Below, piece by piece: positions 49,546 through 61,124 of a stretch of DNA of 64,000 bases. The DNA comes from an uncultured Acidimicrobiia bacterium (GTDB lineage Bacteria; Actinomycetota; Acidimicrobiia; IMCC26256; JAENVU01), in assembly GCA_963847815.1 (NCBI GenBank), contig CAWKBF010000003.1, forward strand, positions 970,935 through 1,034,934, given 5' to 3'. Below the pieces are notes generated by a model that was not told where the DNA came from, ran no database searches, and saw only the letters and a list, made by a program, of their open reading frames with translations. Within the stretch, counting starts at the first letter, position 1. The number at the start of each line of letters is the position of its first letter. Both the position numbers and the translations under genes were made by a program.

Positions 49546-50665
49546 CCCGCGGTTCGCGGGGGAGACCGAGCATGCGCTCACCGATGATGTTGCGAAGGAT
49601 CGACGTGGTACCGCCCATGATCGTGTACGCCGGGGCGTAACAGATGTTGCGAGACACTCGGTTCCACAACATCGCTTCCGGTCCCGCGACCTTCACGCAG
49701 AACTCGGCGACCCGCTGCTCGAACTCGGTGCAGATCGTCTTGGTCGCGGCAGAGAATCCCACGGGCGCTTGACCGAGGACCTCGCGCAGGACGAGCAGCC
49801 GACCGATCCGGTACCGCGACTCGATTGCCGCGAGCTCCTGGCGCACGAGCGGGTTCGTCATGTCGGCGAGCGGGCGGGCGTCGAGGTAGAGGCGGTGGTT
49901 CGAGACGAGTCGGTCGATGCCGCCGCGCTCGTGCTCCATCTGGCGCATGACCTGCTTGAAGCTGCCGTTCGGAGTGCCGATCAGGTTCGAGTCAGGGACA
50001 ACGACGTCGTTGAAGTACACCTCGCAGAAGTGCGCGTTGCCGGTGACGTCGACGATGGGACGAACCTCGATGCCGGGCGAACGCATGTCGACGACCAGCT
50101 CGGAGAGGCCGGCGTGGGGTGCGGCATCAGGGTCAGTGCGCGCGATCAGGTAGCACCAGTCCGCGTCCGCGGCGCCGGAGGTCCAGATCTTCTGCCCGTT
50201 GACCACCCACTCGCCCACACCGTCGGACGTGGCGCGCTGCACGGCGCGGGTGCGCAACGACGCGACATCGCTGCCGGCGTCGGGCTCGCTCATCCCGATG
50301 CACCAGGCGGAGGTGCCGGCGATGATGTCGGGCAGCCAGCGATCGCGCTGGTCCGCGGTGGCGAATTGCATCAGCGTGGGGCCGATCTGGCGGTCGGCGA
50401 ACCACGACGTCGACACCGGGGCGCCTTCGCCGATGAGCGCCTCGAACACGACCAGTCGTTCGATTGGTGGGCGTCCTCCACCCCCGACCTCGACCGGCCA
50501 GGTCATCCCGAGCCAACCATGCTCAGCGAGTGTGCGGGAGAAGTCCCGCGATGCACCGATCAACCACGAGTCCTCGCGGACGTCCAGATCAGCTGCTGCG
50601 GTTCGTCCCACCGCCCGGGCACGTTCGCCCAGCTCGACCAACGCCGGATCGATGCTGAAGTCCAT
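49535..50665 (-). CDS. Acyl-CoA dehydrogenase family protein
   Basis: GMSEPDAGSD, VNGQKIWTS, FCEVYF, HERG, TIMGGT. Confidence 0.92.
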   Translation of the reverse strand: MDFSIDPALVELGERARAVGRTAAADLDVREDSWLIGASRDFSRTLAEHGWLGMTWPVEVGGGGRPPIERLVVFEALIGEGAPVSTSWFADRQIGPTLMQFATADQRDRWLPDIIAGTSAWCIGMSEPDAGSDVASLRTRAVQRATSDGVGEWVVNGQKIWTSGAADADWCYLIARTDPDAAPHAGLSELVVDMRSPGIEVRPIVDVTGNAHFCEVYFNDVVVPDSNLIGTPNGSFKQVMRQMEHERGGIDRLVSNHRLYLDARPLADMTNPLVRQELAAIESRYRIGRLLVLREVLGQAPVGFSAATKTICTEFEQRVAEFCVKVAGPEAMLWNRVSRNICYAPAYTIMGGTTSILRNIIGERMLGLPREPRATT

Positions 50666-50699
50666 GCCCCCATTGGAGTCCATGAGGCGGCTGACGCAA

Positions 50700-51446
50700 C
50701 TACCGGGAGACGTCGGTCTGTGCCGGACTGCCGCGACTGATCCGCTGCAGCAGGTCCGCGGTCTCGGATGGACGTTCGATCATGAGGTCGTGACCGCAGG
50801 CGAGCTCGTACATCGACGCGCCATCGGCCTCGGCCCGTTGCGCCGAGAGCTCGAGGCTCGGAAGCGGTGGAGCGGTGTGGCGCACGTAGGACCGGGGGAG
50901 CGCGGTGAGCACCGCGTCGTCGAACACCGTTGGTTCCGTGCAACAGCGCAGCGGAAAGTCCGTGAGTCGAGGACCGACCCACTCGGAATCGTTCGCATCC
51001 GTCACACCCCACTGGGCGAGGAACGCGGATGAAGCCGGCACGCGCCACCCGTCGCCGCCAGTTGCTGCGAGCTCGCGGTACCGCGCTGCGGTCGCGTCCG
51101 GTTCGACGTCCAGCAGCGATTCGCCGGAACGGGTCAAGAACGCACCGAGGTAGGCGACGGCGGCGACTCTCGACTCGGCCTGCTCGACCACAGGCCCGGC
51201 GAGAACTCCCGCGTAGCTGTGCAGCCCCAGGATCACGTCGCGCAGATCCTCGAACCAGAGCATCTCGAGGAGGTCGGTCACGTGCGTGTCGATGCCGACA
51301 TCCGGCGTGAGGAGGTGGCGCCGATCACCCTGACCGGTCAGCGTCGGCGTGTGCACGACGTGACCGTTGGCGACGAGATGCGTGCGGACACCGCGCCAGC
51401 ACCACCCGCCATGCATGGCTCCGTGCACGAGGACGAACGTCGACAT
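50700..51446 (-). CDS. Alpha/beta-fold esterase (methylesterase-like)
   Basis: FVLVHGAMHGGWCW, PTLTG, LHSYAG, CGHDLM. Confidence 0.88.
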   Translation of the reverse strand: MSTFVLVHGAMHGGWCWRGVRTHLVANGHVVHTPTLTGQGDRRHLLTPDVGIDTHVTDLLEMLWFEDLRDVILGLHSYAGVLAGPVVEQAESRVAAVAYLGAFLTRSGESLLDVEPDATAARYRELAATGGDGWRVPASSAFLAQWGVTDANDSEWVGPRLTDFPLRCCTEPTVFDDAVLTALPRSYVRHTAPPLPSLELSAQRAEADGASMYELACGHDLMIERPSETADLLQRISRGSPAQTDVSR

Positions 51447-51580
51447 CGGCGCATTCTGGCCGAATGTCGGATGGCTCGGGCCGGGTCCCCAAGCGAAAGC
51501 GGATTGCGAGCATCCGATCAATGCATGCTGACGGGGCTCCGATTCCCGCTCCACCGTCGGCATCTCTACGATCAGAGCCG

Positions 51581-53493
51581 ATGACAGGGACAGAGCATCT
51601 CGACCTCGCGAGCGAGTTCCCCGAGGCGAGCCGTGAGCAGTGGTTGGCACTCGTCGAGCGGGTGATCCTGAAGGGGGTCGACGGCGCCGATGCGGCGGCC
51701 TTCGACCGGGCGTTCGCCAAGCAGCTGGTGACCACGACGTACGACGGCATCGAGATCCAGCCGCTGTACACCCGGGCACCCGGACCGGTCGACGAGACCG
51801 GATACCCGGGGTCCGCCCCCTTCGTGCGCGGGAGCCGTCCGGCCTCGTCGCGGGGTGGTTGGGACATCCGCCAGCGGGTCGATGTGGTCGACGACGGGAC
51901 CGCCGCCGGGCCGAGGGTGCTGGCCGAGCTCGATGGTGGGGCGTCCTCGATCCTTCTGGGCCTTCAGGCCGCGCCGACGATCGACGTGGGCGTGCTGGAC
52001 CGCTCGCTCGAAGACGTCTTCCTGGACCTGGCTGCGGTGGCGCTCGATGCCGGGGTCCGTTGGCACGAAGCTGCGGAGGCGCTCCTCGCGCTCTGGGAAC
52101 GCCGGGGCATCGACCTGGCGTCGACCTCGGGTGTGCTCGGCGCGGATCCGATCGGTGACCACCTCGGCTCGGGTGGCATGACCGCGCTTGACGCGGATCT
52201 CGATGCGCTCGCGCAGCTCACGGCGGATCCCCGGCTGAGCGCCGGCGCGGTGCGGACCGTCGTGGTCGACGCGACACCGTTCCACGACGCGGGCGGAGCG
52301 GACGCAGAAGAGCTCGGTGCGTCGCTCGCGCTCGGCGTCGCCTATCTGCGGTCACTGACGGACCGCGGTCTGTCCGTTGATGCGGCGTGTGAGCAGCTCG
52401 AGTTCCGCTACGCCGCGAGCGCGGACCAGTTTCTCACGATGGCCAAGCTCCGCGCGGCCCGCCGCCTGTGGACGCGGGTCGCTGCGGTCGCGGGCGCGCA
52501 GGAAGCCGCGCAGGCCCAGCGCCAGCACGCGGTGAGCTCGACCGCGATGATGACGCGTTACGACCCGTGGGTGAACCTGCTGCGCGCGACCGTCGCGGCG
52601 TTCGCGGCCGGGGTCGGCGGCGCGGATGCGGTCACGATCCAGGCGTACGACACGTTGCGGGACGCCGACGGCTCGGAGCTTGGCCGCCGGCTCGCCCGCA
52701 ACACGCAGGCGATGCTGATCGAGGAGTCGAGCCTGGCCCAGGTGATCGATCCGGCGGGTGGTTCCTGGTACATCGAATCGCTGACCGACGAGCTCGCACA
52801 GTCGGCGTGGTCCTGGTTCCAGGATCTCGAGCGCGCGGGCGGGATCGTCGCCGCGTTCGGCGCAGGCCTGGTGCAGGAACGCATCGGCAGCACATGGGCC
52901 CGGCGGCGATCGAACATCGCCCGGCGCAAAGATCCGATCACAGGAGTGACCGAGTTCCCGAACATCGACGAAGAACCGCCTCCGAGCTCGTTGACCGGTC
53001 CGATCTCGGATGACTCGGCCACGGCGTTCGCGCCGATGGTCTCCATCCTCTACGCCGAACCGTTCGAGCAGGAGCGCTCACGCAGCGACCGTCACCTCGT
53101 CGCCACCGGTGCTCGACCGGCGGTCTTCCTGGCCAACCTGGGCCCGCTTGCCGCGCACACCGCGCCGCGGCGTTCGCCAAGAACCTCTTCGAGGTCGGCG
53201 GCATCCGCGTGGTGAGTGGCAGCGGCGACGTGGCCGCATTGGCCGCCGAGCTGCGGGAGAGCGGAACCACGATGGCCTGCATCTGCTCGAACGACGCGAC
53301 CTACGCCGACGCGGCGGCGGACGCGGCGCGCACCCTGGTTGCTGCCGGCGCGACCCGCGTGCTGCTGGCCGGGAGGCCCGGCGATCTGCAGGCCGAGCTC
53401 GACGCCGCGGGTGTCGCCGGTTCCATCTCTGCCGGGTGTGACGTGCTCGCGACACTGAGTGCGACCCTCGACCACCTCGGAGTGGGCTCGTGA
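51581..53493 (+). CDS. mutA: Methylmalonyl-CoA mutase small subunit; frameshift near 53165
   Basis: [50 protein letters not shown]. Confidence 0.92.
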
Positions 53494-55700
53494 GCACTGG
53501 AATCCCCAGCTTCGCCGACGTGCCGCTCGGCGATCCGACGCCGTCCGAAGACCGAACCGAGTGGAACGTCGAGTTCGCGGCGGACGCAGGTGAGCACGCG
53601 GACCCGTGGATCACGCCCGAGACCATCGAGGTCGCGCCGCTCTACGACGCCGGCGACCTGGACGGCCTCGACTTCCTCGACACGTACCCCGGGGTGGTGC
53701 CGTACCTGCGCGGTCCGTACCCGACGATGTACGTCAACCAGCCGTGGACCATCCGTCAGTACGCGGGATTCTCCACGGCCGAAGAGTCCAACGCCTTCTA
53801 TCGTCGCAACCTCGCGGCCGGCCAGAAGGGCTTGTCGGTCGCGTTCGACCTCGCGACCCACCGCGGCTACGACAGCGACCACCCGCGCGTCGCAGGCGAC
53901 GTCGGCATGGCGGGGGTCGCGATCGATTCGATCCTCGACATGCGCCAGCTGTTCGCGAGCATCCCGCTCGATCAGATGAGCGTCTCGATGACGATGAACG
54001 GCGCGGTGCTGCCAGTGCTCGCGCTGTACATCCTCGCGGCAGAGGAGCAGGGCGTCGCGCCCGTGAAGCTCGCGGGGACCATCCAGAACGACGTCCTCAA
54101 AGAGTTCATGGTCCGCAACACCTACATCTACCCGCCGGCTCCGTCGATGCGGATCATCTCGGACATCTTCTCGTTCACGTCGCAGGAGATGCCGAAGTTC
54201 AATTCGATCTCGATCTCCGGCTACCACATGCAGGAAGCGGGCGCGACGGCCGACCTGGAGCTCGCGTACACGCTTGCCGACGGCGTCGAGTACATCCGAG
54301 CGGGCATGGGTGCCGGGCTCGGCATCGACGCGTTCGCGCCGCGCCTGTCGTTCTTCTGGGCCATCGGCATGAACTTCTTCATGGAGGTCGCGAAGCTGCG
54401 CGCCGCGCGACTGCTGTGGGCGAAGCTGGTGAAGCAGTTCGACCCGGAGAACGACAAGTCGTTCTCGTTGCGGACGCACTCCCAGACGTCGGGCTGGTCG
54501 CTCACTGCGCAGGACGTGTTCAACAACGTGATGCGCACGTGCGTCGAGGCCATGGCCGCGACCCAGGGCCACACCCAGTCGCTGCACACCAACGCGCTCG
54601 ACGAAGCGCTCGCGCTGCCGACCGACTTCTCGGCGCGGATCGCGCGCAACACGCAGCTGTTCCTGCAGCAGGAGTCAGGCACGTGTCGGGTGATCGATCC
54701 CTGGGGTGGCAGCGCGTACGTGGAGCGGCTCACCTATGAGCTCGCGCGCCGCGCGTGGAGCCACATCCAGGAAGTGGAGGCTGCGGGCGGCATGACCGCG
54801 GCGATCGACGCCGGGCTCCCGAAGCTCAGGATCGAGGAGGCCGCGGCCCGCACCCAGGCCCGCATCGACTCCGGCCGCCAGCCGGTGATCGGCGTGAACA
54901 AGTACCGACCGGAGCACGACACCCCGATCGATGTCCTCAAGGTCGACAACCGATCCGTACGCGAGCAACAGCTCGCGAAGCTGGCGTCGCTCCGGGCCGA
55001 TCGCGATGAGCGCGCCACTCAGGACGCGCTGGCGCGCCTGACCCGGGCCGGGCGGGCTGCGCTCGACGGAACCCGGGCCGCCGGCCTCGGCGACAACCTG
55101 CTGAAGCTCTCCGTCGATGCAGCGCGGGCCCGGGCCACCGTGGGTGAGATCAGCCTGGCGTTGGAGGAAGTGTTCGGACGGCACACGGCCGCGATCCGTA
55201 CGATCTCCGGCGTGTACCGCAAAGAGGTTGGTGCCTCGGCGAACGTCGACAAGGTCCGCACCCGGGTCGATGCGTTCGCCACAGCCCAGGGACGTCGACC
55301 GAGGATCCTGGTGGCCAAGATGGGCCAGGACGGGCACGACCGCGGCCAGAAGGTCATCGCCACCGCGTTCGCGGATCTCGGCTTCGATGTCGACGTCGGC
55401 CCGCTGTTCCAGACGCCCGCAGAAGTCGCGCGCCAGGCGGTCGAAGCCGACGTCCACATCGTCGGGGTCTCGTCGCTCGCCGCCGGCCACCTCACGCTCG
55501 TGCCCGAGCTGCGGAGCGAGCTCGCGGCGCTGGAACGCCCTGATGTGATGATCGTGGTTGGAGGAGTGATCCCATCCCAGGACTTCGAGGCGCTGCATGA
55601 AGCCGGCGCGACCGCGATCTTCCCGCCGGGAACGGTCATCGCCGACGCGGCCGCCGATCTGCTCGACGAGCTCGACCGACGACTCGCCGGGGAGTCGTGA
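53490..55700 (+). CDS. mutB: Methylmalonyl-CoA mutase large (B12-binding) subunit
   Basis: [34 protein letters not shown] (DxHxxG). Confidence 0.97.
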   Translation: MSTGIPSFADVPLGDPTPSEDRTEWNVEFAADAGEHADPWITPETIEVAPLYDAGDLDGLDFLDTYPGVVPYLRGPYPTMYVNQPWTIRQYAGFSTAEESNAFYRRNLAAGQKGLSVAFDLATHRGYDSDHPRVAGDVGMAGVAIDSILDMRQLFASIPLDQMSVSMTMNGAVLPVLALYILAAEEQGVAPVKLAGTIQNDVLKEFMVRNTYIYPPAPSMRIISDIFSFTSQEMPKFNSISISGYHMQEAGATADLELAYTLADGVEYIRAGMGAGLGIDAFAPRLSFFWAIGMNFFMEVAKLRAARLLWAKLVKQFDPENDKSFSLRTHSQTSGWSLTAQDVFNNVMRTCVEAMAATQGHTQSLHTNALDEALALPTDFSARIARNTQLFLQQESGTCRVIDPWGGSAYVERLTYELARRAWSHIQEVEAAGGMTAAIDAGLPKLRIEEAAARTQARIDSGRQPVIGVNKYRPEHDTPIDVLKVDNRSVREQQLAKLASLRADRDERATQDALARLTRAGRAALDGTRAAGLGDNLLKLSVDAARARATVGEISLALEEVFGRHTAAIRTISGVYRKEVGASANVDKVRTRVDAFATAQGRRPRILVAKMGQDGHDRGQKVIATAFADLGFDVDVGPLFQTPAEVARQAVEADVHIVGVSSLAAGHLTLVPELRSELAALERPDVMIVVGGVIPSQDFEALHEAGATAIFPPGTVIADAAADLLDELDRRLAGES

Positions 55701-56701
55701 CGAGCTCGAGCCGTCCGGAGATCGACATCGACGAGTACGAAGCCGGGGTCCGCGCCGGGAACCGCACCGCGCTCGGTCGGGCGATCACGCTGGTCGAGTC
55801 CACGCAGCCTGATCATCGGGAGCGGGCCCAGGATCTGCTCGTCCGCCTGACCCCCCACTCCGGCGCAGCGAGTCGGGTCGGGATCACCGGGGTTCCGGGC
55901 GTCGGGAAGTCCACGTTCATCGATGCGCTCGGCACCGAGCTCACCGGGAACGGTCATCGCGTCGCGGTCCTCGCGGTCGATCCCTCGTCGAGCCGGACCG
56001 GTGGGAGCATCCTCGGCGACAAGACGCGCATGGCGAGCCTCTCGATCGATCCGAACGCCTTCATCCGCCCGTCGCCGGCTTCGGGGACTCTGGGTGGCGT
56101 CACCCAATCGACGCGCGAGGCCATCGTGGTGGTGGAGGCCGCGGGATTCGATGTCGTGCTCGTCGAGACGGTCGGGGTCGGGCAGTCCGAGACCGCGGTC
56201 GCGAACATGGTCGACACGTTCCTGGTGCTGCTCCTCGCACGCAGCGGGGACTCGTTGCAAGGGATCAAGAAGGGCGTCCTCGAGCTCGCCGACGTCCTGG
56301 CCGTGAACAAGGCCGATGGCCCGCACGTCCTGGACGCGCAACGAGCGGCGCGTGAGCTCGCCGACGTGTTGCACATGCTCGAGCCGGCCGATCCCAACTG
56401 GTCGCCGCCGGTGCTGACGTGCAGCGCGGTGGACCGCACCGGTCTCGTCGAGGTCTGGAAGCAGGTCGAGGCCCACCGCAACACGCTGGTGAACGCGGGC
56501 ACGTTCGACGAGAAGCGGCAGCGGCAGGAGATCGACTGGATGTGGGCGATGGTCGAGCACCAGCTGCTGCGCCACCACCGTGAAGATCCACGAGTGCGCG
56601 AACGCATCCCGTCGATCGAGCAGGCGGTGCGGGATGGGTCGCTCACGCCGACCCTCGCCGCGACCGAGCTGGTCTCGTTGGCCACCGGCGCGCATTCCTG
56701 A
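55697..56701 (+). CDS. meaB: Methylmalonyl-CoA mutase-associated GTPase MeaB
   Basis: [33 protein letters not shown]. Confidence 0.96.
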   Translation: MTSSSRPEIDIDEYEAGVRAGNRTALGRAITLVESTQPDHRERAQDLLVRLTPHSGAASRVGITGVPGVGKSTFIDALGTELTGNGHRVAVLAVDPSSSRTGGSILGDKTRMASLSIDPNAFIRPSPASGTLGGVTQSTREAIVVVEAAGFDVVLVETVGVGQSETAVANMVDTFLVLLLARSGDSLQGIKKGVLELADVLAVNKADGPHVLDAQRAARELADVLHMLEPADPNWSPPVLTCSAVDRTGLVEVWKQVEAHRNTLVNAGTFDEKRQRQEIDWMWAMVEHQLLRHHREDPRVRERIPSIEQAVRDGSLTPTLAATELVSLATGAHS

Positions 56702-56725
56702 CCCGAGTCGCTAGCGTTTGCGGGG

Positions 56726-57685
56726 ATGAGCGCCAAGAGCGAAGAGTCCCGGGATGGTGTGCCGCTGACGAACCTCGATCAGCAGCTGTTCGACGGCGCG
56801 GACGCCACGAAGCGCGATCTCGTCGACTACCTGGACGGCGTACGGGATCGGATCATCCCGGTGCTCGAAGACCGTCCGCTCTCGGTGATCCGCGTCCACC
56901 GCGGTCAAGAGGCGTTCATGCAGAAGAACGTCCCGAAGTACACACCGTCGTTCGTGAAGACGGAGAAGGTGTGGGCGGAAGCATCCAAGCGTGAGGTCTC
57001 GTATGCGCTGTGCAACGACCGCCCCACGCTGATCTGGTTCGCGAACCAGCGCGCCATCGAGTACCACCCGGCACTCTCGAAGGTAGGCCACCACGACCGC
57101 ATGACCCATCTGGTCGTCGACCTCGACCCTCCGGAGGGTGAGCCGTTCTCGAAGGTCGTGACGGTCGCTCACCTCGTGCGCGAAGTGCTCGAAGCGGTCG
57201 GCCTCAGCGGGTCGGTCAAGACGAGTGGTGCGAAGGGTCTGCACGTGTTCGTGCCGATCGACGACCACGTCGCCACGGATGGAGCCGCGGGTGCGCTCCG
57301 CGCCATCGCGGTACGGGTCGAGAAGCTGGGTCCTGATCTTGCGACGACCGCGTTCATGAAGGAGGACCGGGGCGGCAAGGTGTTCGTCGACGCGACGCGC
57401 GTCGGCGGCGCGACGGTCGTCGCGGCGTACAGTCCCCGGGTCCGACCCGGTACTCCGGTGTCGTTCCCGCTCGACTGGGCCGAGCTCGATTCGGTGAGCC
57501 CGTCCGACTTCACGATCCACACCGCGATCGACCGGCTCGGCGATGCGGATCCGTGGGCGACAGGGATGACGGCACCACAGCGGTTGAGTGACGAGCTCAT
57601 CGAGGAAGGTCGGGAGATCCCCGTGCCGCGCGTGCTCGCGATGCACGAAGGCAAGCGCCGCAAGCGGGCGAACAAGCAGGCCTGA
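56726..57685 (+). CDS. Stand-alone LigD-type primase-polymerase (POL domain)
   Basis: LTNLD, TKRDLVDY, DLDP, KTSGAKGLHV, VFVD, YSPR, PVSFP. Confidence 0.9.
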   Translation: MSAKSEESRDGVPLTNLDQQLFDGADATKRDLVDYLDGVRDRIIPVLEDRPLSVIRVHRGQEAFMQKNVPKYTPSFVKTEKVWAEASKREVSYALCNDRPTLIWFANQRAIEYHPALSKVGHHDRMTHLVVDLDPPEGEPFSKVVTVAHLVREVLEAVGLSGSVKTSGAKGLHVFVPIDDHVATDGAAGALRAIAVRVEKLGPDLATTAFMKEDRGGKVFVDATRVGGATVVAAYSPRVRPGTPVSFPLDWAELDSVSPSDFTIHTAIDRLGDADPWATGMTAPQRLSDELIEEGREIPVPRVLAMHEGKRRKRANKQA

Positions 57686-57742
57686 CCGGGTCGAGGAACG
57701 AGAGCAGTCGACTCACGACGTCGGTTCGGTACCCTCACCGCC

Positions 57743-59428
57743 GTGACCACGAGCCCGGAGTCTCCAGTTCCCCAAACCGTCGCCGGCCTCGTCCGGTCCC
57801 GAGCCGCAGACGAGAACCTCGGCCTGCAGTTCGAGGGGGAGCGGTGGACCTGGGCCGAGGTGGAGCTTGAGATGGAGGTGCGCGGCGCGTTCCTCGAAGA
57901 TCTCGTGCCGATCGATCCACCGCACGTCGGCGTGCTGCTCGACAACGTGCCCGAGTACCTCTTCCTGATCGGTGGCGCGGCACTGTCCGGGCGCGTGATC
58001 GTGGGGATCAACTCGACGCGGCGCGGCGCGGAGCTCGCCCGCGACATTCGGCACGCTGACTGCCAGGCGATCGTCACCGACTCCGAACACGCCGAGATGC
58101 TGGACGGTCTGGACCTGGGTGCCGCGAACGGGCGCGTGGTCATCGCTGACACCGCAGACCACCAAACGACGCTTGATCGGTACCGCGGCCCGGACGCGCC
58201 GACGGTACGCACGGTGCCGGTTCCCGAGGACCTGCTGATGTTGATCTTCACCTCGGGCTCGACCGGCGCGCCGAAGGCGGTGCGGCTGACCCAGGGCCGG
58301 GCCGCCGCGGCCGGCACCGGTCAGATGGGCTTCGGGCCCGACGACGTCCTCTACTGCGCGATGCCGGTGTTCCACGGCAACGCGCTGATGGCGATCGTGT
58401 TCCCGGCGCTCGGCATGGGCCCATCGATCGCGCTCAAGCGGAAGTTCTCCGCGTCGGGATTCCTGCCCGACGTGCGTGCGCTGCACTGCACCTTCACCAG
58501 CACGATCGGCCGCGCGCTTGCCTACATCCTCGCGACGCCGCCGACCGACGACGACACGGACAACGACCTGAAGTTCGTCCTCGCGCCCGAGTCGTCGACC
58601 GCGGACATGAAGGCGTTCAAGCGTCGGTTCGGCCCCCCGGTGTTCGGTGGCTACGGGTCGAGCGAGAACGCCATCGTGATGACTCGCAGTCCCGGCCATC
58701 CTCCGGAGGCACTGGGCGTTCCGGTACCCGGTCTCGACGTGGCGATCATGGACCCCGCGACGAGCGAAGAGTGCCCGCGCGCGAAGTTCGATGCCGACGG
58801 CAAGCTCCTCAACGCGGAGGAGGCGATCGGCGAGCTCGTCGGCCTCAACGCGCTCGGTCGCTTCGAGGGCTACTACAACAACGACGAAGCGACGTCCGAG
58901 CGCACCCGCGGAGGTTGGTACTGGTCCGGGGACCTCGGCTACCGCGACGAGGACGGCGTGTTCTTCTTTGCCGGTCGCAACGCGGACTGGCTGCGGGTCG
59001 ACGGCGAGAACTTCGCGGCTGCACCGGTGGAGCGGGTCGTCCAGCGGTTTCCCGGCGTCGCCGGCGTCGCGGTCTTCGGCGTGCCCGACGATCACACGAT
59101 CGACGATCAGGTCATGGCCGCGATCGAGATGGACGACGGCACCGCGTTCGACCCCGCGACCTTCGACGCGTTTCTCTCGGACCAGCGTGACCTCGGCACG
59201 AAGTGGTCACCGCGCTACGTGCGCGTCGTGTCGTCGCTCCCGGTGACCGCGACGAACAAGATCGACAAGGCCCCGCTCCGTCGGGACCGCTGGACCGGGA
59301 CCGGCGGCGACACCATCTACTGGCGGCCCGAGCGCCGGGACCAGCTCCGGCCGCTGACGGACGACGACCGGGCTGAGATCCTCCGCCGGTTCGAGACCAA
59401 CGGCCGGGCCGAGGTGCTCACCCGCTGA
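57743..59428 (+). CDS. Acyl-CoA synthetase (FadD1/FadD17-like)
   Basis: FTSGSTGAPKA, YGSSE, SGDLGY, RVDGEN, TNK. Confidence 0.92.
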   Translation: MTTSPESPVPQTVAGLVRSRAADENLGLQFEGERWTWAEVELEMEVRGAFLEDLVPIDPPHVGVLLDNVPEYLFLIGGAALSGRVIVGINSTRRGAELARDIRHADCQAIVTDSEHAEMLDGLDLGAANGRVVIADTADHQTTLDRYRGPDAPTVRTVPVPEDLLMLIFTSGSTGAPKAVRLTQGRAAAAGTGQMGFGPDDVLYCAMPVFHGNALMAIVFPALGMGPSIALKRKFSASGFLPDVRALHCTFTSTIGRALAYILATPPTDDDTDNDLKFVLAPESSTADMKAFKRRFGPPVFGGYGSSENAIVMTRSPGHPPEALGVPVPGLDVAIMDPATSEECPRAKFDADGKLLNAEEAIGELVGLNALGRFEGYYNNDEATSERTRGGWYWSGDLGYRDEDGVFFFAGRNADWLRVDGENFAAAPVERVVQRFPGVAGVAVFGVPDDHTIDDQVMAAIEMDDGTAFDPATFDAFLSDQRDLGTKWSPRYVRVVSSLPVTATNKIDKAPLRRDRWTGTGGDTIYWRPERRDQLRPLTDDDRAEILRRFETNGRAEVLTR

Positions 59429-59480
59429 GCCCTCGCGTCGCGTCGGAGGAGCAGGCCGCCGAGCCCGTACATTGGTCGCC

Positions 59481-61094
59481 TTGACTGCAACCGTTCCGGC
59501 CCCGGTGGACTTCACGCCTGAGATCGCGCGTCGCCGGACGTTCGCAATCATCAGCCACCCCGACGCCGGCAAGACGACGCTGTCCGAGAAGTTCCTCCTC
59601 TACGCCGGTGCCGTGGCCGAGGCCGGTGCGGTGAAGGCCCGTGGAGGTCGGCGCCGCGCGACATCCGACTGGATGTCCATGGAGCAGGAGCGCGGCATCT
59701 CGATCAGCTCGACGGTCCTGCAGTTCACGTACCGCGACCACGTCGTGAACCTGCTCGACACCCCCGGTCACCGCGACTTCTCCGAGGACACGTACCGCGT
59801 GCTCGCAGCCGCCGACGCCGCGGTCATGGTGCTCGACGTCGCCAAGGGCATCGAGACCCAGACCCGCAAGCTGTTCGAGGTCTGTCGGGCGCGCAACCTC
59901 CCGATCATCACGTTCCTGAACAAGTACGACCGGCCCGGTCGCGACCCGCTCGAGCTCCTCGACGAGATCGAGGACCAGATCCACCTGCGTCCGACTCCGG
60001 TCACCTGGCCTGTCGGTGAAGCCGGCGACTTCCGCGGCGTGATCGACCGCCGCGACGGCAGCTTCGTCCGCTTCACCCGCACTGCCCGCGGCGCGACGGC
60101 GGCGCTCGAGGATCGGCTCGACGATGTCGCCGCCGCGGCGGAGCAGGGCGACGCGTGGCACACCGCGACGGAGGAGAGCGCGCTGCTCCACGAAGTCGGG
60201 GCCGACCTCGACCTCGAGTCGTTCCGCGCCGGTGACAGCAGCCCGCTCTTCGTCGGCTCGGCACTGACGAACTTCGGTGTCCACCACCTGCTCGACGCGA
60301 TCGTGGACCTCGCACCGGCACCGACCGAGCGCCTCGACGCCGAGGGCGTCCCGCGCGATCTCTCGGCACCGTTCTCCGGCTTCGTGTTCAAGGTCCAGGC
60401 CAACATGAACCTGGCCCACCGCGATCGAGTGGCGTTCGTGCGCGTCTGCTCGGGTCACTTCGAGCGCGGGATGACCGTGACGCACAGCGCGACGGGCAAG
60501 CCCTTCTCGACCAAGTACGCGGCGTCGGTGTTCGGCTCCGGGCGCGACACCATCGACGAGGCCTACGCCGGCGACGTGGTCGGGCTGGTCAACGCCAGCG
60601 ACCTGCGGGTCGGCGACAGCCTCTACGAAGCCCAGCCGGTCACGTTCCCGACGATCCCCACGTTCGCGCCGGAGCTCTTCTCCTGGGCCCGCGTGCCGGA
60701 CACGAACCGCAACAAGCAGTTCCGCCGCGGCCTCGAGCAGCTCGAGCAGGAGGGGGTCGTCCAGGTCCTGCGGGACCCCGAGGGCGACCCGACCCCGCTC
60801 CTCGCCGCGGTCGGCCGGATGCAGTTCGAGGTGTTCTCACATCGGTTGGAGCACGAGTTCGGCGCCATCGTCGAGCTTGCGTCGGCGTCGTACAAGGTCG
60901 CGCGCAGCACCGACGCCGAGACCGCTGAGAAGCTCGGGCGGTCGGGCAGCGTGCGGGTGATGGAACGCAGCGACGGCACCCTGCTCGCGCTCTTCGAGAG
61001 CCCGTACTGGCTCGAGCGCGTCGTCTCCGATCATCCCGACTGGACGCTGGATCCGATCCTCACCGGAGAGCGGCGCCTGCCGACCGACGACTGA
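59481..61094 (+). CDS. prfC: Peptide chain release factor 3
   Basis: RRRTFAIISHPDAGKTT, SDWM, DTPGH, NKYD, FKVQANM, HRDR, AVG-MQFEV. Confidence 0.96.
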   Translation: MTATVPAPVDFTPEIARRRTFAIISHPDAGKTTLSEKFLLYAGAVAEAGAVKARGGRRRATSDWMSMEQERGISISSTVLQFTYRDHVVNLLDTPGHRDFSEDTYRVLAAADAAVMVLDVAKGIETQTRKLFEVCRARNLPIITFLNKYDRPGRDPLELLDEIEDQIHLRPTPVTWPVGEAGDFRGVIDRRDGSFVRFTRTARGATAALEDRLDDVAAAAEQGDAWHTATEESALLHEVGADLDLESFRAGDSSPLFVGSALTNFGVHHLLDAIVDLAPAPTERLDAEGVPRDLSAPFSGFVFKVQANMNLAHRDRVAFVRVCSGHFERGMTVTHSATGKPFSTKYAASVFGSGRDTIDEAYAGDVVGLVNASDLRVGDSLYEAQPVTFPTIPTFAPELFSWARVPDTNRNKQFRRGLEQLEQEGVVQVLRDPEGDPTPLLAAVGRMQFEVFSHRLEHEFGAIVELASASYKVARSTDAETAEKLGRSGSVRVMERSDGTLLALFESPYWLERVVSDHPDWTLDPILTGERRLPTDD

Positions 61095-61124
61095 CGTCGG
61101 CCGGCAGATGCCGCGTGGGCGCGG

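Noticed and set aside
51447-51580. Possible cobalamin riboswitch upstream of mutA (two stems and a GCGAAAGC loop)
   Set aside because: No B12-box or other conserved riboswitch core is recognisable, and TACGAT 8 nt before the ATG suggests a leaderless transcript that would exclude this region.
55019-56695. Long antisense/shadow ORFs (also 9038..10807, 5967..7427, 32920..34755, 40842..42488)
   Set aside because: They lie opposite well-supported genes, lack motifs, and are expected in high-GC DNA with few stop codons.
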